Shown piece by piece: positions 17,174 through 27,166 of a stretch of DNA of 64,000 bases. The stretch covers positions 1 through 64,000 of the IMG/VR virus record IMGVR_UViG_3300015371_000005. One strand, 5' to 3'. The DNA is from a virus. Made by a program: the position numbers and the translations under genes. How positions within the stretch are numbered: the first letter of the stretch is position 1; each line of letters begins with the position of its first letter. The notes beneath the pieces were generated by a model. The model had not been told where the DNA came from and made no database searches. It saw only the letters and a list, made by a program, of their open reading frames with translations.

Positions 17174-18130
17174 TCAGGCAATCCTCACAAGGTAATTGTC
17201 AACTTCGTATGGTTGCAGAACGTTGAATGCAGTCCCTGATCCCTGCGATGGGATTGAATGGTTGTGGTTGGAGTCTCCTGCTTCAACTGCGCCTGACACG
17301 TTGTATGAGCTTCCGCCATCGATGGTCGCTGCTGGATCATGACCATGAGCACCGGGAGCCACGCTGAGCCCTGTAACGCTGCCATGATTGTGAGCAGCCA
17401 TCTCTGCTATCGATTGCGCGTGACGTTCCTCGCCGCCATTTTGACCACGAGCACGATTGGAGTTTGGAATTCGGTTGGCAGCACCGGTAAGACCAAAGTT
17501 GTCAGCACCAACAGGAACTCGTCCACGCTTATCAGGCTTTCTAACCTGGCTGCTACCGGGATCAACTCCACCGTTGTAGGAATGTCCGACGCGCGAGAAG
17601 AATGTTGCGTAGGTAATGCGGTTGATGAGTCCGCCATCAGCCCAATCCCAGACACCGCCGGTTGGCAACGTTCCACCACTGAAGGGGATCTGAATTCCAA
17701 TTGGCAGCCACTTGTCAAGCAGCAAGACGAGATCCGACTCGGGAATGCCTGATGCCCATGCAATCGTCCTGCCAGGGATGTTACCCAGGATGTTTGCCCC
17801 GGGGATGTCGTCAAACGGCTTGGCATTCCACTGGATCGTGCGATCGGCCAGACGTGCCGGAACCTGCGTGTCATGCAGAAAGATGTCGAGCCTGCCGATA
17901 TCGGCCCAGAACTGAACCGATCCCGAGGCGCCGGTGGTGAACGGGTTCGGGCCTCCGACAGCCCCGGCTTCAGGCGATGGCCCCTGCGACACACCCGTCT
18001 CGCGCTGGAACATGGTTACCAAGTTGGTTGTTCCACGAGCACGCAGGGAAACGCTGACGCCGCTGAAGACCTCGAACAGTCCGGATGCGTTTGGACCTCC
18101 CAATACAGTTTCGTAGAAATCTCGTGGCAT
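17174..18130 (-). CDS. tail fibre protein with phage tail-collar domain (paralogue 1)
   Basis: Collar-domain pattern (WDWADGGLINRITYATFFSRVGHSYNGG...KPDKRGRVPVG). SD AAGGAG 6 nt upstream of ATG 18130. Confidence 0.8.
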   Translation of the reverse strand: MPRDFYETVLGGPNASGLFEVFSGVSVSLRARGTTNLVTMFQRETGVSQGPSPEAGAVGGPNPFTTGASGSVQFWADIGRLDIFLHDTQVPARLADRTIQWNAKPFDDIPGANILGNIPGRTIAWASGIPESDLVLLLDKWLPIGIQIPFSGGTLPTGGVWDWADGGLINRITYATFFSRVGHSYNGGVDPGSSQVRKPDKRGRVPVGADNFGLTGAANRIPNSNRARGQNGGEERHAQSIAEMAAHNHGSVTGLSVAPGAHGHDPAATIDGGSSYNVSGAVEAGDSNHNHSIPSQGSGTAFNVLQPYEVDNYLVRIA

Positions 18131-18142
18131 CAATATCTCCTT

Positions 18143-21100
18143 CTACTGATGAGTCTTCCTAGCGAAGGCAATGACACCAGTAAGCTCGGTTGTGTCAATC
18201 GGCCTGCCCGCTTCGTAGATGTTGAATGTGTCGCCGCCATCCATCTTGTCAGTCCAGCTACCAGCAGATCTGATCAGCTCGCCGGCATGCAATTGCATTA
18301 GACCAGTCCTGGAGACAATGCCGCCGGTATCAGCCATCGGGAACGAGAACTGTGGCAGCACCTGGCCCATGCCGCTGAAGATCGCCTCACGGAAGATCGA
18401 CCACGCGCTCGATGAGAAGGTCTGCGGGTCCTTCATCACGCCTGCAAGCTCATTGAGAGTGACGGTATTCTGTAGCAGTGCAACCTTGTTTTCAAGCACT
18501 GCCTTCTGCAAGTCGTTGATCGCCTGCTGATCGCGGTTGGCAATCGCCTCGTTGTAGAGCGCCTGAAGCTCATTGCCCTTCTGCGTGAGAATCCCCTGGC
18601 GCTGCTGTGCCAGCACGAGCAAGCCTGCCTGGTCTGCCTGTCCGGCGATCTGCCCCTGAAGGTCGAGAATCTGCTTGTTGAGATCGTTGATCCCAAGCGT
18701 AAAGTCTGCACGTGCGTTGACATCTTCGACTCGGGCGATGAAGGCTGCTCTGGCCTGCTCCTGAATGGTCACGCTCAGGTCTGCCAGCGAGTCGGTGAGC
18801 TGTTCAATGAGCTGGACATTCTCAGGCTGCTCGCGCTGGACACGATTCAGCAGTTCCTGAGTTTGTGAAATCTGGTTAGCAGTATTGGCCTGCTGCTGTG
18901 CTGCGAGTCCTGCGGCCGAGAACGATTCGCCACCGAGGCTGACCGCTGCCGTCTGTCCGATCGTTCCCGTAGCAGCAAGCAGGCGGCTGAAGAGATCCAG
19001 GCGTGAGCTGCGTCGCTGTCCTTGGGCTTGAATGCGCTGTGCCGCGTCTGCTAGTTCCGCAGCGAGCGACTCCACGATTTGCGTACGTAGATCCGCCACC
19101 TGGACTTCGAGTTGGTCTGCAAGATCTGTGGCCCCGGATGCTGCGGCTGCGCCAATGCGCGCTTCAAGTTGGTTGGCTTCGTCTGCAAGTATCCCACGTT
19201 GTGCGGCATTGATCTGTGCTAGTGCTCCCTGATTGCCGAAGACCGTTGCAACACGCCGCGAGAAGTCTAGGAAGCTAGATTGACGCTCCGCAGACTTGGT
19301 GATGTTGTCAACTGCTTCCTGCTGTTCAGCGATACGAGCTTCAAGCAAAGCCTGCTGAGCATCGAAGATCGCTTGAATGTTGTCTGCAACCCGTCCCTGT
19401 GCATCATCGAGGCGTGTCTTGAGATCGTTCTCCTGGGCCTGCAAGCGCTGCTTCTGCTTGGCACTGAGTCCCTTGCGCGAGGTTCCCTGCACCCTCTTCA
19501 GCTCTTGAGCAATCTCATCGCGCTCACTGAGCAGATCGGTACGCTGACCACGCACATCCTGAAGTTGACGCTCTGCGAGCTGAGGACCGCTCAGGCGCTC
19601 GGTGACAACACGACCAGCACCGACCCTGAAGCGATCCAGGGTCAATCTTCTTGCAGCTTGTGTGACGCGGCGATCGATAGAAGTACGCAGGCGATCAAGC
19701 AACTGACCTTCACCGGTGATCTTGTCAAGCGCTGAGAAGAAAGCCTTGAGTGCTACGTCACGCTCAGCCGACTTCCTGGCCTTGTTCGCCAGCCCTGAAA
19801 GCCTGCGAACGCGATCAAAGACATTGCCGATGTCTTCAAACAGATTGCTGACGCTACGGAAGGTATCCTGTCCAAGATCAGGAAGCTTGATTGTTGCAAG
19901 TTGCTTTACGAACTCTGTGAACTGCTTGATGGCGCTGACATCGATCGGTCCGCCATGAACGACACGCGGCTCTGGGACATCGAGCCCGCCCTGAGCATTG
20001 CCTGGCCTGCCGTGGAAGCCGAGAGCGCCCTTCAGACCCTCGACGCTGACACCCAGCATACGCGCGAGCTTGGACTGCTGGAGACGGTTGAGAATCCACT
20101 CGCTGGCGTGGGCGATGATCGGGACCGGTGTACCGTCGCCACCGGGCACGATGCCACCCTGGGCGAAGTGAGCGTATGCATTGTAGGCGGCACGCGCGGG
20201 GCTCAGGCGGTCACCGATGATGCCGGCACGCTCGTACTGCGTAGCAATGGCAGCGACAGCATCAGCGATCGTATGAGCTGATCTGATTGACATCATTGCA
20301 GAACGCTCAGGGCCATTCAGCTCGTGCATGACGAAGGCGAGCTGAGCACCGGCATCCTGCCAGGGCTTTCCTAGTCCCTTGGCGAAGTCAACCAGCGCGG
20401 CAAATCTTCCGCCGCCCCACTGAGCCAGGCCACGGCCAGGGCCACCGGGCTGAACTCGTGATGGGTCCAAACCTGATTCCTGCGTGAAGTTGCCAACCCA
20501 CGCTGCTGCCTGAGCCGGTGAGAAGCCCTGGCTCCTGAAGAAACTGAAGATGCCCTTGCCCTGGATCGAGGCGCCAATACCGAGGGCTTTCTCAAGACCA
20601 GGATCAGCACCAGCCATCGCTACACTGTCAAGGCGCTTGTTGCCAGCCCTGCGAACGAGATTGAACATCCGCTGCATCATGCTTCTGAACGGACCTCTTG
20701 GCCCCCTCACAGCAACATGATCAACGTGATCGATCAGCGGAGCGCCGATGTCGTCGGTACCAGCCTTCAGCAGATCAGTTATTGACAACCCTCTTGATGC
20801 ACGAGAGAGGATCTTCGCCATGATCGATCCGTCGAAGGCGTACTGATCGGGCATCGCCAAGTGGACGTGATCTTCGTGGTCACCAATATTGAATCCGCCA
20901 ATCTGATCGATAGACCTCCAGATAAGCTGCTTGATAACTTGCGGGATCTTCGTCTTGATGAATGCGTTGAGCGCATCCTCGCCGGCCGTCAGGACACCAT
21001 TGCCCATGTCGAGCGCACGGTGGAAGAAGTGATCGGAGACGTTGTTCGAGGTGGTCATCTTGCTGTGACCATCGAAGCCGGTGAAGTACGACATCCCGAA

Positions 21101-24100
21101 CTTGCTCTTGGCGAAGTTCCACATGGGCGTGAAGCCCTCGCCCGAGTGCCCTGGTCCGGTGAAGCCGCCCTTGGCAAAGCGCGGAATGCCCTGGAAGTTC
21201 AGGAATTCCAGTACGCTTCTGCCAATCTTGTTTGTGGCAACCTTGTTGAAGACGAACTCGCCTGGCTCAAGCAGCGCGGGAATCTTGTCGCCCGAGCCGC
21301 TGCCTGGAACCATGAAGCCACCCTCGGCACGCCTCTGGACAGTCGGTGCAGTCAGGTGGAAGTCGATTGCCTTGCCGCCGAATGCCGTCAGGGCAAGATT
21401 CGACTCGTGTCCGATGTAGAACAGGCCCTCATAGGCAAGCTTGTCAAGCTGCCTCCACGTCTTCGTCCAAGCTTCAACCGCGTCGGACAGCATGCGCTTC
21501 GTCGTGGCTGTCGTATTGACACGCATGTCACGCCACTGAGCCTCAACATAATTGGCGCCACGACGTGTAATGCGCTTGATGTCCTCCCACATCTCAGAAA
21601 CTTGCTTGACACGAACGTCCTCTGTGCGACGGTCCTCCTTCTCCATGTCGCGATTCAAAGCCTTCTCGATATTGAGCTGGCGTTGATCAGCAACCCAAGT
21701 ACCCTGAGGATTGTTCTGCGCCGCGCCACCAGCAGCGTACCCAAGACCACTAGATTGACCGCCGCCTCCAAGTATCGCGCGCAGAGCAAAGATGGCACGG
21801 TGCCCACCGGCAGCCTGTACCTCGCTCTTGGTCAGGATGTGCTCCCCGGGCTCCAGCAGCGCCGGAATCCTGTCACCGCCACCGAAGCCGCCGGGAACGG
21901 GTCCACCCAGGGCGCCACGAATCGAGGTGCTCGTGCTGCCATCGCCACCGCCGCCACTGGTAAAGGGATCAGCGAGGAAGCTGCCAATGGACTTGAAGAT
22001 TCCGCCAATCTTCTTGATGCCTCTCAGCAGAGCCTCACCAATGCGCTTGCCGATGCTCTCAAGCGCATCACCCATGCCGTGAATGAGGTCACTGAGTAGG
22101 TGTGGAAGCTGCTTGAAGCCGTTGATCAGGCCACGAGCAAGGTTCTTACCGATGCGCTCGAAGAGACCAGACGGTGACTTGATCTCAAAGAAGTCGTAAA
22201 TAGGCTTGATGACATGCCTGAAGAGCCATTCACCGATGTCCTTGAAGAAGCCGATGATCGTGTCACCGAACTTGCCGTAGAGCGCCTTCGCCATGTTGAC
22301 GCCGATACGGGCAAGAATCCCCACTGGCGAGTACCTGAGGATAAGGCGACCGATCGTCCGCATTGCTTCGCCGATCCTGCCCCCGCCGCCCTGGAACAGA
22401 TCAACGATCGCATCGAATGCTGCTCTGACACCGTGCTTGATCTTGTCCCAATTCTTGGCAATGATCGTGACAGCCAGACCGAATGGGCCGGTCAAGATGG
22501 TCAGCACGAGCGGCCAATGCGTCTTCAGCCAATCGAGCGTATCCCTGACTGCGCCCTGCAACCACTTGAATGTTGCACCAAGGAAGTGGAACTTCTTGTC
22601 AAGCAGGATGATGGCTAGGATCACTGCGCCGATGGCAAGACCCCAAGGCCCGAAGGCGAATGCTGCTGCTGCTCTGATGATGACGCCAGCACGAGCAATG
22701 GCTGGACCGATGAGCGTAAATGCGCGTGTCAGCAATGTCGTCTTGCCGGCATAGGCAACCTGCGCGTCACCAGCAAAGGCCAGCGTCCTACCATAGGCAG
22801 CTACCCTGGAGCCCAGCGCCACGAAGCTCGGGCCGATCTTGAAGATCTCTCCGAACCCGACCCTCAAGAGCAGTGCAGCACCCTCGACTCGCCTGATGAT
22901 GAATCCCAGAGCGGTGATGGTCAGGATGACTTGCGTGATCTGGCTGATGATGGGGTTGCCAAAGGCTATTGCAAACAAGTTGGCGAATGTACCGGTTACC
23001 TTGATGAGCATTCCAAGCGCCGGAATGACAACGCGCACAAGGAAGTCGGCAAAATGCTCAGTCTTATCAGGGCTGAATGCCTTGGCCAGCTCACGACCGA
23101 GCGCGACAAGCACACGTACAATCTGTCCCGTTACTTCGTGAACCTGCTTGAAGAACCTGCGTACGCCCGAGCCATCTCGATTGATGCGCTTGGTCCAGCC
23201 ATCGAGCGCGGCAGTCAATGCATCGATCGAGCGCTTGCCCTCTGCTGCACCACCAGCGCCACTGATCGCGGCGAAGAAATTCACCACTGCGATGGTCAGG
23301 TTGATCCAGCTCTCAAGATGACGCTCAGCAGTAAGGAAGAACTCCTCGACCTTGCCCTGGTTCGATGTCAACCTCAGGAAGCGCAGTGCAAGTTGATTCA
23401 CGAAGCCAAGGAACCTGGAGAATGCTGGCGATGCACCCTCGGCGATGTTGGTGAACGCTCTACCCAGGCGAATGAGCAGCGTTGTCAACGGCTGTAGATT
23501 CTTGCGCCCAAGCTCTGCAAGCCTGCTGAACTGCGCAACTTGCTTGTCGGAGGTGAACGAATCTGTGATCCTGTCGAACTGCTGCCCCATCGACGTTGCC
23601 AGTCTCCGTGCCGTCTGTAGCACGGAGGGCATCTGCATAATGCGATTGACTCTATCAACGCTTCGTGTGAAGGAATCGATGATCGGGTCCATGATCCCGC
23701 CGGGGCCAGTCCACGCGGTCTTCCATGTGCGCTGGATACGACGGATCGCCTCGTACAGCCTGCGCTCTGCCGGTGAGAGCTGCGACAAGAGGAAATTCAG
23801 GTTGGCAGCGGCTGTCTGCGTACCACTGACGGCTTCCTGAGCGTTGCGCCGCGCTGTTTCGATTCCCCTGGTGGCTCGTGTAACGGCGCGTTCTGAGTTC
23901 TGGACACCCTGATTGGCCTGCTCAACGGCGCGAGCTGCGTCATCTGCTGCGCGCTTGGCCTGCTGTAGGCCCTCCATCCCTTCGACGCCGCCACTAACTG
24001 CACGGCCGGTATCAGAGGTTTGACGCCGCGCTTCAAGCCGTGTGCGCTGAACGTTGGCCTTCGCCTCTTCGAGCGCTGCCTGGGCGTGCTGGACGGCGAG

Positions 24101-25117
24101 ATCATCACCTGAGCGGACTGCCTGCTCAAGCGCCCTCTGTGCATCAAGTTGCGAGAGCACTGCACCGTCTGCCGCGCGCTTGGCATCCTGCTCGGCAACG
24201 ATCATGTCATGTAGCTGGCGCGTGGCATCACGGCGCGCTGTGGTGATGCCTTCCTGTGCCAACTGACTTTGACGCTCAGCTTGCGTCAGGCGGTCGTGTG
24301 CGTCCCCAACACCCTGCAATGCACTTGTAAGACTGTCATTGGCGTTGGCAATTGCATCAGCGCCGTCAGCTTCCTTGCGTGCTGACTGGAAGCGAGCCTG
24401 TGATTGCGCTTGCTGCAACTTGGTTGCTTGCTGTACAGCATCGATCGTGGCCTTGACCCGCGTCATTGCGCCGATCAGCAGCCCGATTGCAGGTAGAGCT
24501 TGCCCAATGCCGGCGACAAGGATACCGCCGAGCGCCACGCCAGCCTGTGCCGCCGATGCTGCAACCGCTACGAGTTCGCCGCCAAGACCAACCAGTACGG
24601 TGATGAGCTGCTGTGCGAATCCAATTGCAGCAAGGAGTGCGATGCCGCGAAGCTGATTGTCGAAGGAACCGACACCCTTGCCAGCGTAGTTGTAGGCGTC
24701 GCCTGTCTTTCTTACTGCCGCCCCATGTCTGTCAACATCTCTGGTAGTCGAGCGAACCGTGCCGCCGGTGCTTCTAATGCTGTTCGTAAAGCTTCGTGTC
24801 GATCTGCTCGTACCATCGAATCTGCCGCCAACTCTTGCAAGTGCATTGTCGATGTTCTTGAGTGAATTGTCGGCGTCATCACCATCACCAGCGAAGTTGC
24901 GTAGTTCAGAACGCCATGCCTTCAGCTTATCGGTGAGGTTGCCGACTCTGCGGTTCATCGAGGTCAGGCGCGTGTTCAGGCCATCGATATCTCCACCAAG
25001 CCGCCGTGAATCATTGGCAAAGCCACGCAGCTCGACACGAGCCTTGGCGAACGCTGCCGCCATCTCATCTCTCGCACGGAGAATGATTCGGAGCACATAC
25101 TCTACATCTGTCGGCAT
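18143..25117 (-). CDS. tape measure protein with embedded metallopeptidase-like and lysozyme-like domains
   Basis: 2324 aa, directly downstream of the chaperone pair, with long Ala/Gln/Arg coiled-coil stretches and hydrophobic Gly/Ala segments. SDHFFHRALD plus HEDHVHLAMP lie at about 20840-21100. GNFTQESGLDPSRVQPGGPGRGLAQWGGGRF lies at about 20400-20500. Confidence 0.9.
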   Translation of the reverse strand: MPTDVEYVLRIILRARDEMAAAFAKARVELRGFANDSRRLGGDIDGLNTRLTSMNRRVGNLTDKLKAWRSELRNFAGDGDDADNSLKNIDNALARVGGRFDGTSRSTRSFTNSIRSTGGTVRSTTRDVDRHGAAVRKTGDAYNYAGKGVGSFDNQLRGIALLAAIGFAQQLITVLVGLGGELVAVAASAAQAGVALGGILVAGIGQALPAIGLLIGAMTRVKATIDAVQQATKLQQAQSQARFQSARKEADGADAIANANDSLTSALQGVGDAHDRLTQAERQSQLAQEGITTARRDATRQLHDMIVAEQDAKRAADGAVLSQLDAQRALEQAVRSGDDLAVQHAQAALEEAKANVQRTRLEARRQTSDTGRAVSGGVEGMEGLQQAKRAADDAARAVEQANQGVQNSERAVTRATRGIETARRNAQEAVSGTQTAAANLNFLLSQLSPAERRLYEAIRRIQRTWKTAWTGPGGIMDPIIDSFTRSVDRVNRIMQMPSVLQTARRLATSMGQQFDRITDSFTSDKQVAQFSRLAELGRKNLQPLTTLLIRLGRAFTNIAEGASPAFSRFLGFVNQLALRFLRLTSNQGKVEEFFLTAERHLESWINLTIAVVNFFAAISGAGGAAEGKRSIDALTAALDGWTKRINRDGSGVRRFFKQVHEVTGQIVRVLVALGRELAKAFSPDKTEHFADFLVRVVIPALGMLIKVTGTFANLFAIAFGNPIISQITQVILTITALGFIIRRVEGAALLLRVGFGEIFKIGPSFVALGSRVAAYGRTLAFAGDAQVAYAGKTTLLTRAFTLIGPAIARAGVIIRAAAAFAFGPWGLAIGAVILAIILLDKKFHFLGATFKWLQGAVRDTLDWLKTHWPLVLTILTGPFGLAVTIIAKNWDKIKHGVRAAFDAIVDLFQGGGGRIGEAMRTIGRLILRYSPVGILARIGVNMAKALYGKFGDTIIGFFKDIGEWLFRHVIKPIYDFFEIKSPSGLFERIGKNLARGLINGFKQLPHLLSDLIHGMGDALESIGKRIGEALLRGIKKIGGIFKSIGSFLADPFTSGGGGDGSTSTSIRGALGGPVPGGFGGGDRIPALLEPGEHILTKSEVQAAGGHRAIFALRAILGGGGQSSGLGYAAGGAAQNNPQGTWVADQRQLNIEKALNRDMEKEDRRTEDVRVKQVSEMWEDIKRITRRGANYVEAQWRDMRVNTTATTKRMLSDAVEAWTKTWRQLDKLAYEGLFYIGHESNLALTAFGGKAIDFHLTAPTVQRRAEGGFMVPGSGSGDKIPALLEPGEFVFNKVATNKIGRSVLEFLNFQGIPRFAKGGFTGPGHSGEGFTPMWNFAKSKFGMSYFTGFDGHSKMTTSNNVSDHFFHRALDMGNGVLTAGEDALNAFIKTKIPQVIKQLIWRSIDQIGGFNIGDHEDHVHLAMPDQYAFDGSIMAKILSRASRGLSITDLLKAGTDDIGAPLIDHVDHVAVRGPRGPFRSMMQRMFNLVRRAGNKRLDSVAMAGADPGLEKALGIGASIQGKGIFSFFRSQGFSPAQAAAWVGNFTQESGLDPSRVQPGGPGRGLAQWGGGRFAALVDFAKGLGKPWQDAGAQLAFVMHELNGPERSAMMSIRSAHTIADAVAAIATQYERAGIIGDRLSPARAAYNAYAHFAQGGIVPGGDGTPVPIIAHASEWILNRLQQSKLARMLGVSVEGLKGALGFHGRPGNAQGGLDVPEPRVVHGGPIDVSAIKQFTEFVKQLATIKLPDLGQDTFRSVSNLFEDIGNVFDRVRRLSGLANKARKSAERDVALKAFFSALDKITGEGQLLDRLRTSIDRRVTQAARRLTLDRFRVGAGRVVTERLSGPQLAERQLQDVRGQRTDLLSERDEIAQELKRVQGTSRKGLSAKQKQRLQAQENDLKTRLDDAQGRVADNIQAIFDAQQALLEARIAEQQEAVDNITKSAERQSSFLDFSRRVATVFGNQGALAQINAAQRGILADEANQLEARIGAAAASGATDLADQLEVQVADLRTQIVESLAAELADAAQRIQAQGQRRSSRLDLFSRLLAATGTIGQTAAVSLGGESFSAAGLAAQQQANTANQISQTQELLNRVQREQPENVQLIEQLTDSLADLSVTIQEQARAAFIARVEDVNARADFTLGINDLNKQILDLQGQIAGQADQAGLLVLAQQRQGILTQKGNELQALYNEAIANRDQQAINDLQKAVLENKVALLQNTVTLNELAGVMKDPQTFSSSAWSIFREAIFSGMGQVLPQFSFPMADTGGIVSRTGLMQLHAGELIRSAGSWTDKMDGGDTFNIYEAGRPIDTTELTGVIAFARKTHQ

Positions 25118-25131
25118 CGTTCACCACCTTC

Positions 25132-26396
25132 CTACGTTTGGTCAATTTCCTTGCGAGAATCCAACCGGGCCTTGAGCTGTTCAACATCAATTTCGGTTGT
25201 CATCTCTACGACTTCACTCATCGACTTGCCCGAGATACCAAGCTTCTGGCGCGTCTTGTCCAGTCCGCGTAGGGCTGCTGCATAGAATGGGTTGTTCCAA
25301 TCGATGTCAGGATCTACGCCTTCCGGGTAATACAGTAACTCGATTGCCTTGTTGAAGTGTTGGTTGAGGTTCTGAATGTACGCCGTACGCTTGTCCGAGT
25401 TCTCGCCATCCCAATTCGGATTGGCAAACAACGCTGAGATCATCTGCATACGTTGTGATTCAATGCTCTGAACACCCTCGCGTTGGATGATCGCCTTATA
25501 GACTGCATCAACGCGATCCGAGGGCCAATCGAGTATGTCTTCTAGCTTGTCACCTCCTCCTGTTGACCATATCTTTTCGATCACCTCTACTGGTCCGACC
25601 TTGATGCGCGGTCCTGAGACTTCTCGTGCAGAGCTATCCTTCGGCCGAGGGTCGGGATTGTCTCGACGAAAAAACGCCTGATCTCCTCGTAGTTCTGATC
25701 GATGAACGTCTGAATGATCAGCTCGTGGTCCTCATCCTTGAGCCCCCACTTGTCGGCCTCGGGCTCCCACGGCTCGGAGAACCGCATCCGTGCCCACTCA
25801 CGCTCGGAGCGAGGCACGCTGAGGAGGATCACGTAGCAGTCAATCAGGAAGTCAGCGCTGTAGCCGATCAGCTCGAAGGCGAGCGCCATGAACTGCGATG
25901 CATCGGTGAGATCGCGCTCGGACAGACGCCGGCCGCGCTCGATGAGCGATCCGCCTTCTTGGCTGCCGAACACATCGGCCATGCCACCCACATTGCCACC
26001 ACTGGCCTTGATCGCCTGGGAGAACGTACGTGCCACGAGCGAGAAGAACTGCTGTCGCGGCATCCACGGAAGCTTGTCCTGCACGTAGATTGAGTACTGC
26101 TTCTCGTTACCGCCGTGCTCAGGCGTCTTGCCTACCATCCAGCGAACGGGAACGGTGCGCGGTTCCAGCTTGTCAAGTTCCTCGCGAGCCCGCTCGATCT
26201 CCTGCTCGCGCTCGTGCTCGGCCTCTGCCTGCTTCTGAGCGGCGAGATCAGCGTTCTGCTCGTCTACCTTGGAAGTGGTCTTCTTGCGCCGTGGCTTGGC
26301 CTCTGCCTCTTCCGCCTCAGGTGCCGGGCCACCGATGTTGTCACCCTTCTCGGGCTCTTCGGTCTCTGGCTTTTCGATTGTCGGTGTCTCTGACAT
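25132..26396 (-). CDS. tail assembly chaperone G-T fusion via programmed -1 frameshift
   Basis: The -1 frame is open from the slippery site to the stop at 25132. I translated it by hand across 25668-25584 and found no stop. Confidence 0.65.
25587..26396 (-). CDS. tail assembly chaperone (G-like)
   Basis: 269 aa, immediately upstream of the tape measure gene, with SD AAAGGAGAG. It contains the slippery heptamer near its 3' end. Confidence 0.75.
   Translation of the reverse strand: MSETPTIEKPETEEPEKGDNIGGPAPEAEEAEAKPRRKKTTSKVDEQNADLAAQKQAEAEHEREQEIERAREELDKLEPRTVPVRWMVGKTPEHGGNEKQYSIYVQDKLPWMPRQQFFSLVARTFSQAIKASGGNVGGMADVFGSQEGGSLIERGRRLSERDLTDASQFMALAFELIGYSADFLIDCYVILLSVPRSEREWARMRFSEPWEPEADKWGLKDEDHELIIQTFIDQNYEEIRRFFVETIPTLGRRIALHEKSQDRASRSDQ
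25668..25674 (-). other. -1 ribosomal frameshift slippery heptamer T TTT TTC
   Basis: The zero frame reads cgT TTT TTC (R F F). This fits the X XXY YYZ pattern, 26 codons before the G stop. Confidence 0.65.
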
Positions 26397-26423
26397 TGCG
26401 CTCTCCTTTGATGAGCTAGATTG

Positions 26424-26918
26424 TCACTTGAACATGTCGGCCAGCATCATGCGACCACGAGCGTAGACCAGAAGTTCCCGCCAGGTGTGGTAGAGGTAAC
26501 GCTGTGGACGCTGGCCGCGTGTGTGAGTTACATTGATGACGCGATGAAAGCGAGTGCTGTAGAAGGTCATGTACTGCGCGCGGACCGGAACGATGAACCA
26601 GCCGACAGCTCCATAGATGCCCGTGCCGAACTCGACATACAGCGGATGCTTGGACTCGCCGCGCTTCACTCCGATTACCGCTTCCCATGAGCCGCCGCCG
26701 CCTGCACCGCCAGGACGCCAGGTGACATCACTACGAGCGACGTGGCGCAGGAGGTAGCTTGTATGACGGGGCACGCTGGACTGAAGAACGTGGTAGCCAA
26801 AGTCAGCAAGGTTGTCGAGAAGCCGTTTGGTAGCGATGCGGCTCTGAGCCTCGACGCGCTTCATCCCGAGGAGAATGTCTTCCTCGTTCTCAACGTTGTA
26901 TTCAATGAACTTGGCCAT
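26424..26918 (-). CDS. HK97 gp10-like tail-completion or head-tail joining protein
   Basis: SVPRHTSYLLRHVARSDV resembles the gp10-family VP-x-TG-x-LRxSI segment. The internal ATG at 26918 overlaps the upstream stop (TAATG). Confidence 0.55.
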   Translation of the reverse strand: MAKFIEYNVENEEDILLGMKRVEAQSRIATKRLLDNLADFGYHVLQSSVPRHTSYLLRHVARSDVTWRPGGAGGGGSWEAVIGVKRGESKHPLYVEFGTGIYGAVGWFIVPVRAQYMTFYSTRFHRVINVTHTRGQRPQRYLYHTWRELLVYARGRMMLADMFK

Positions 26919-27166
26919 TAGGAACCGTCGTCGCTCTTGTTCTCGTGGCGGACAACAGAAACCAGAATGCTGCTGTAAGCGCTGAACCAAAGTGCCATTG
27001 CGCTCATCTGATAGATCAGACGAGGTTCTTCCTTGCCAATGATGTTCAGTGGCCAGTTTCCGATTGCCAGGAAGAGCCCAGCAATCAGCATGGCGAGAGA
27101 AATCGCCATGTTGGCCTTCGGACTGAAAATCACATTTAGCATTAGAGCAACGAAAAGGCCGAGCAC
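26918..27166 (-). CDS. small integral membrane protein inserted in the tail module
   Basis: 82 aa with three hydrophobic segments. GTG start. Visibly lower GC than the neighbouring genes. Confidence 0.5.
   Translation of the reverse strand: MLGLFVALMLNVIFSPKANMAISLAMLIAGLFLAIGNWPLNIIGKEEPRLIYQMSAMALWFSAYSSILVSVVRHENKSDDGS

Noticed and set aside
20861-22099. 412-aa plus-strand ORF, plus many other ORFs of 60-190 aa antisense to the tape measure gene.
   Set aside because: They lie entirely within a 2324-aa gene that has recognisable domains. This is typical antisense open frames in GC-rich coding DNA. The same reasoning rejects 30073-30963 (+), 48849-49373 (-), 58118-58837 (-), 62115-62762 (-) and 62832-63356 (-).
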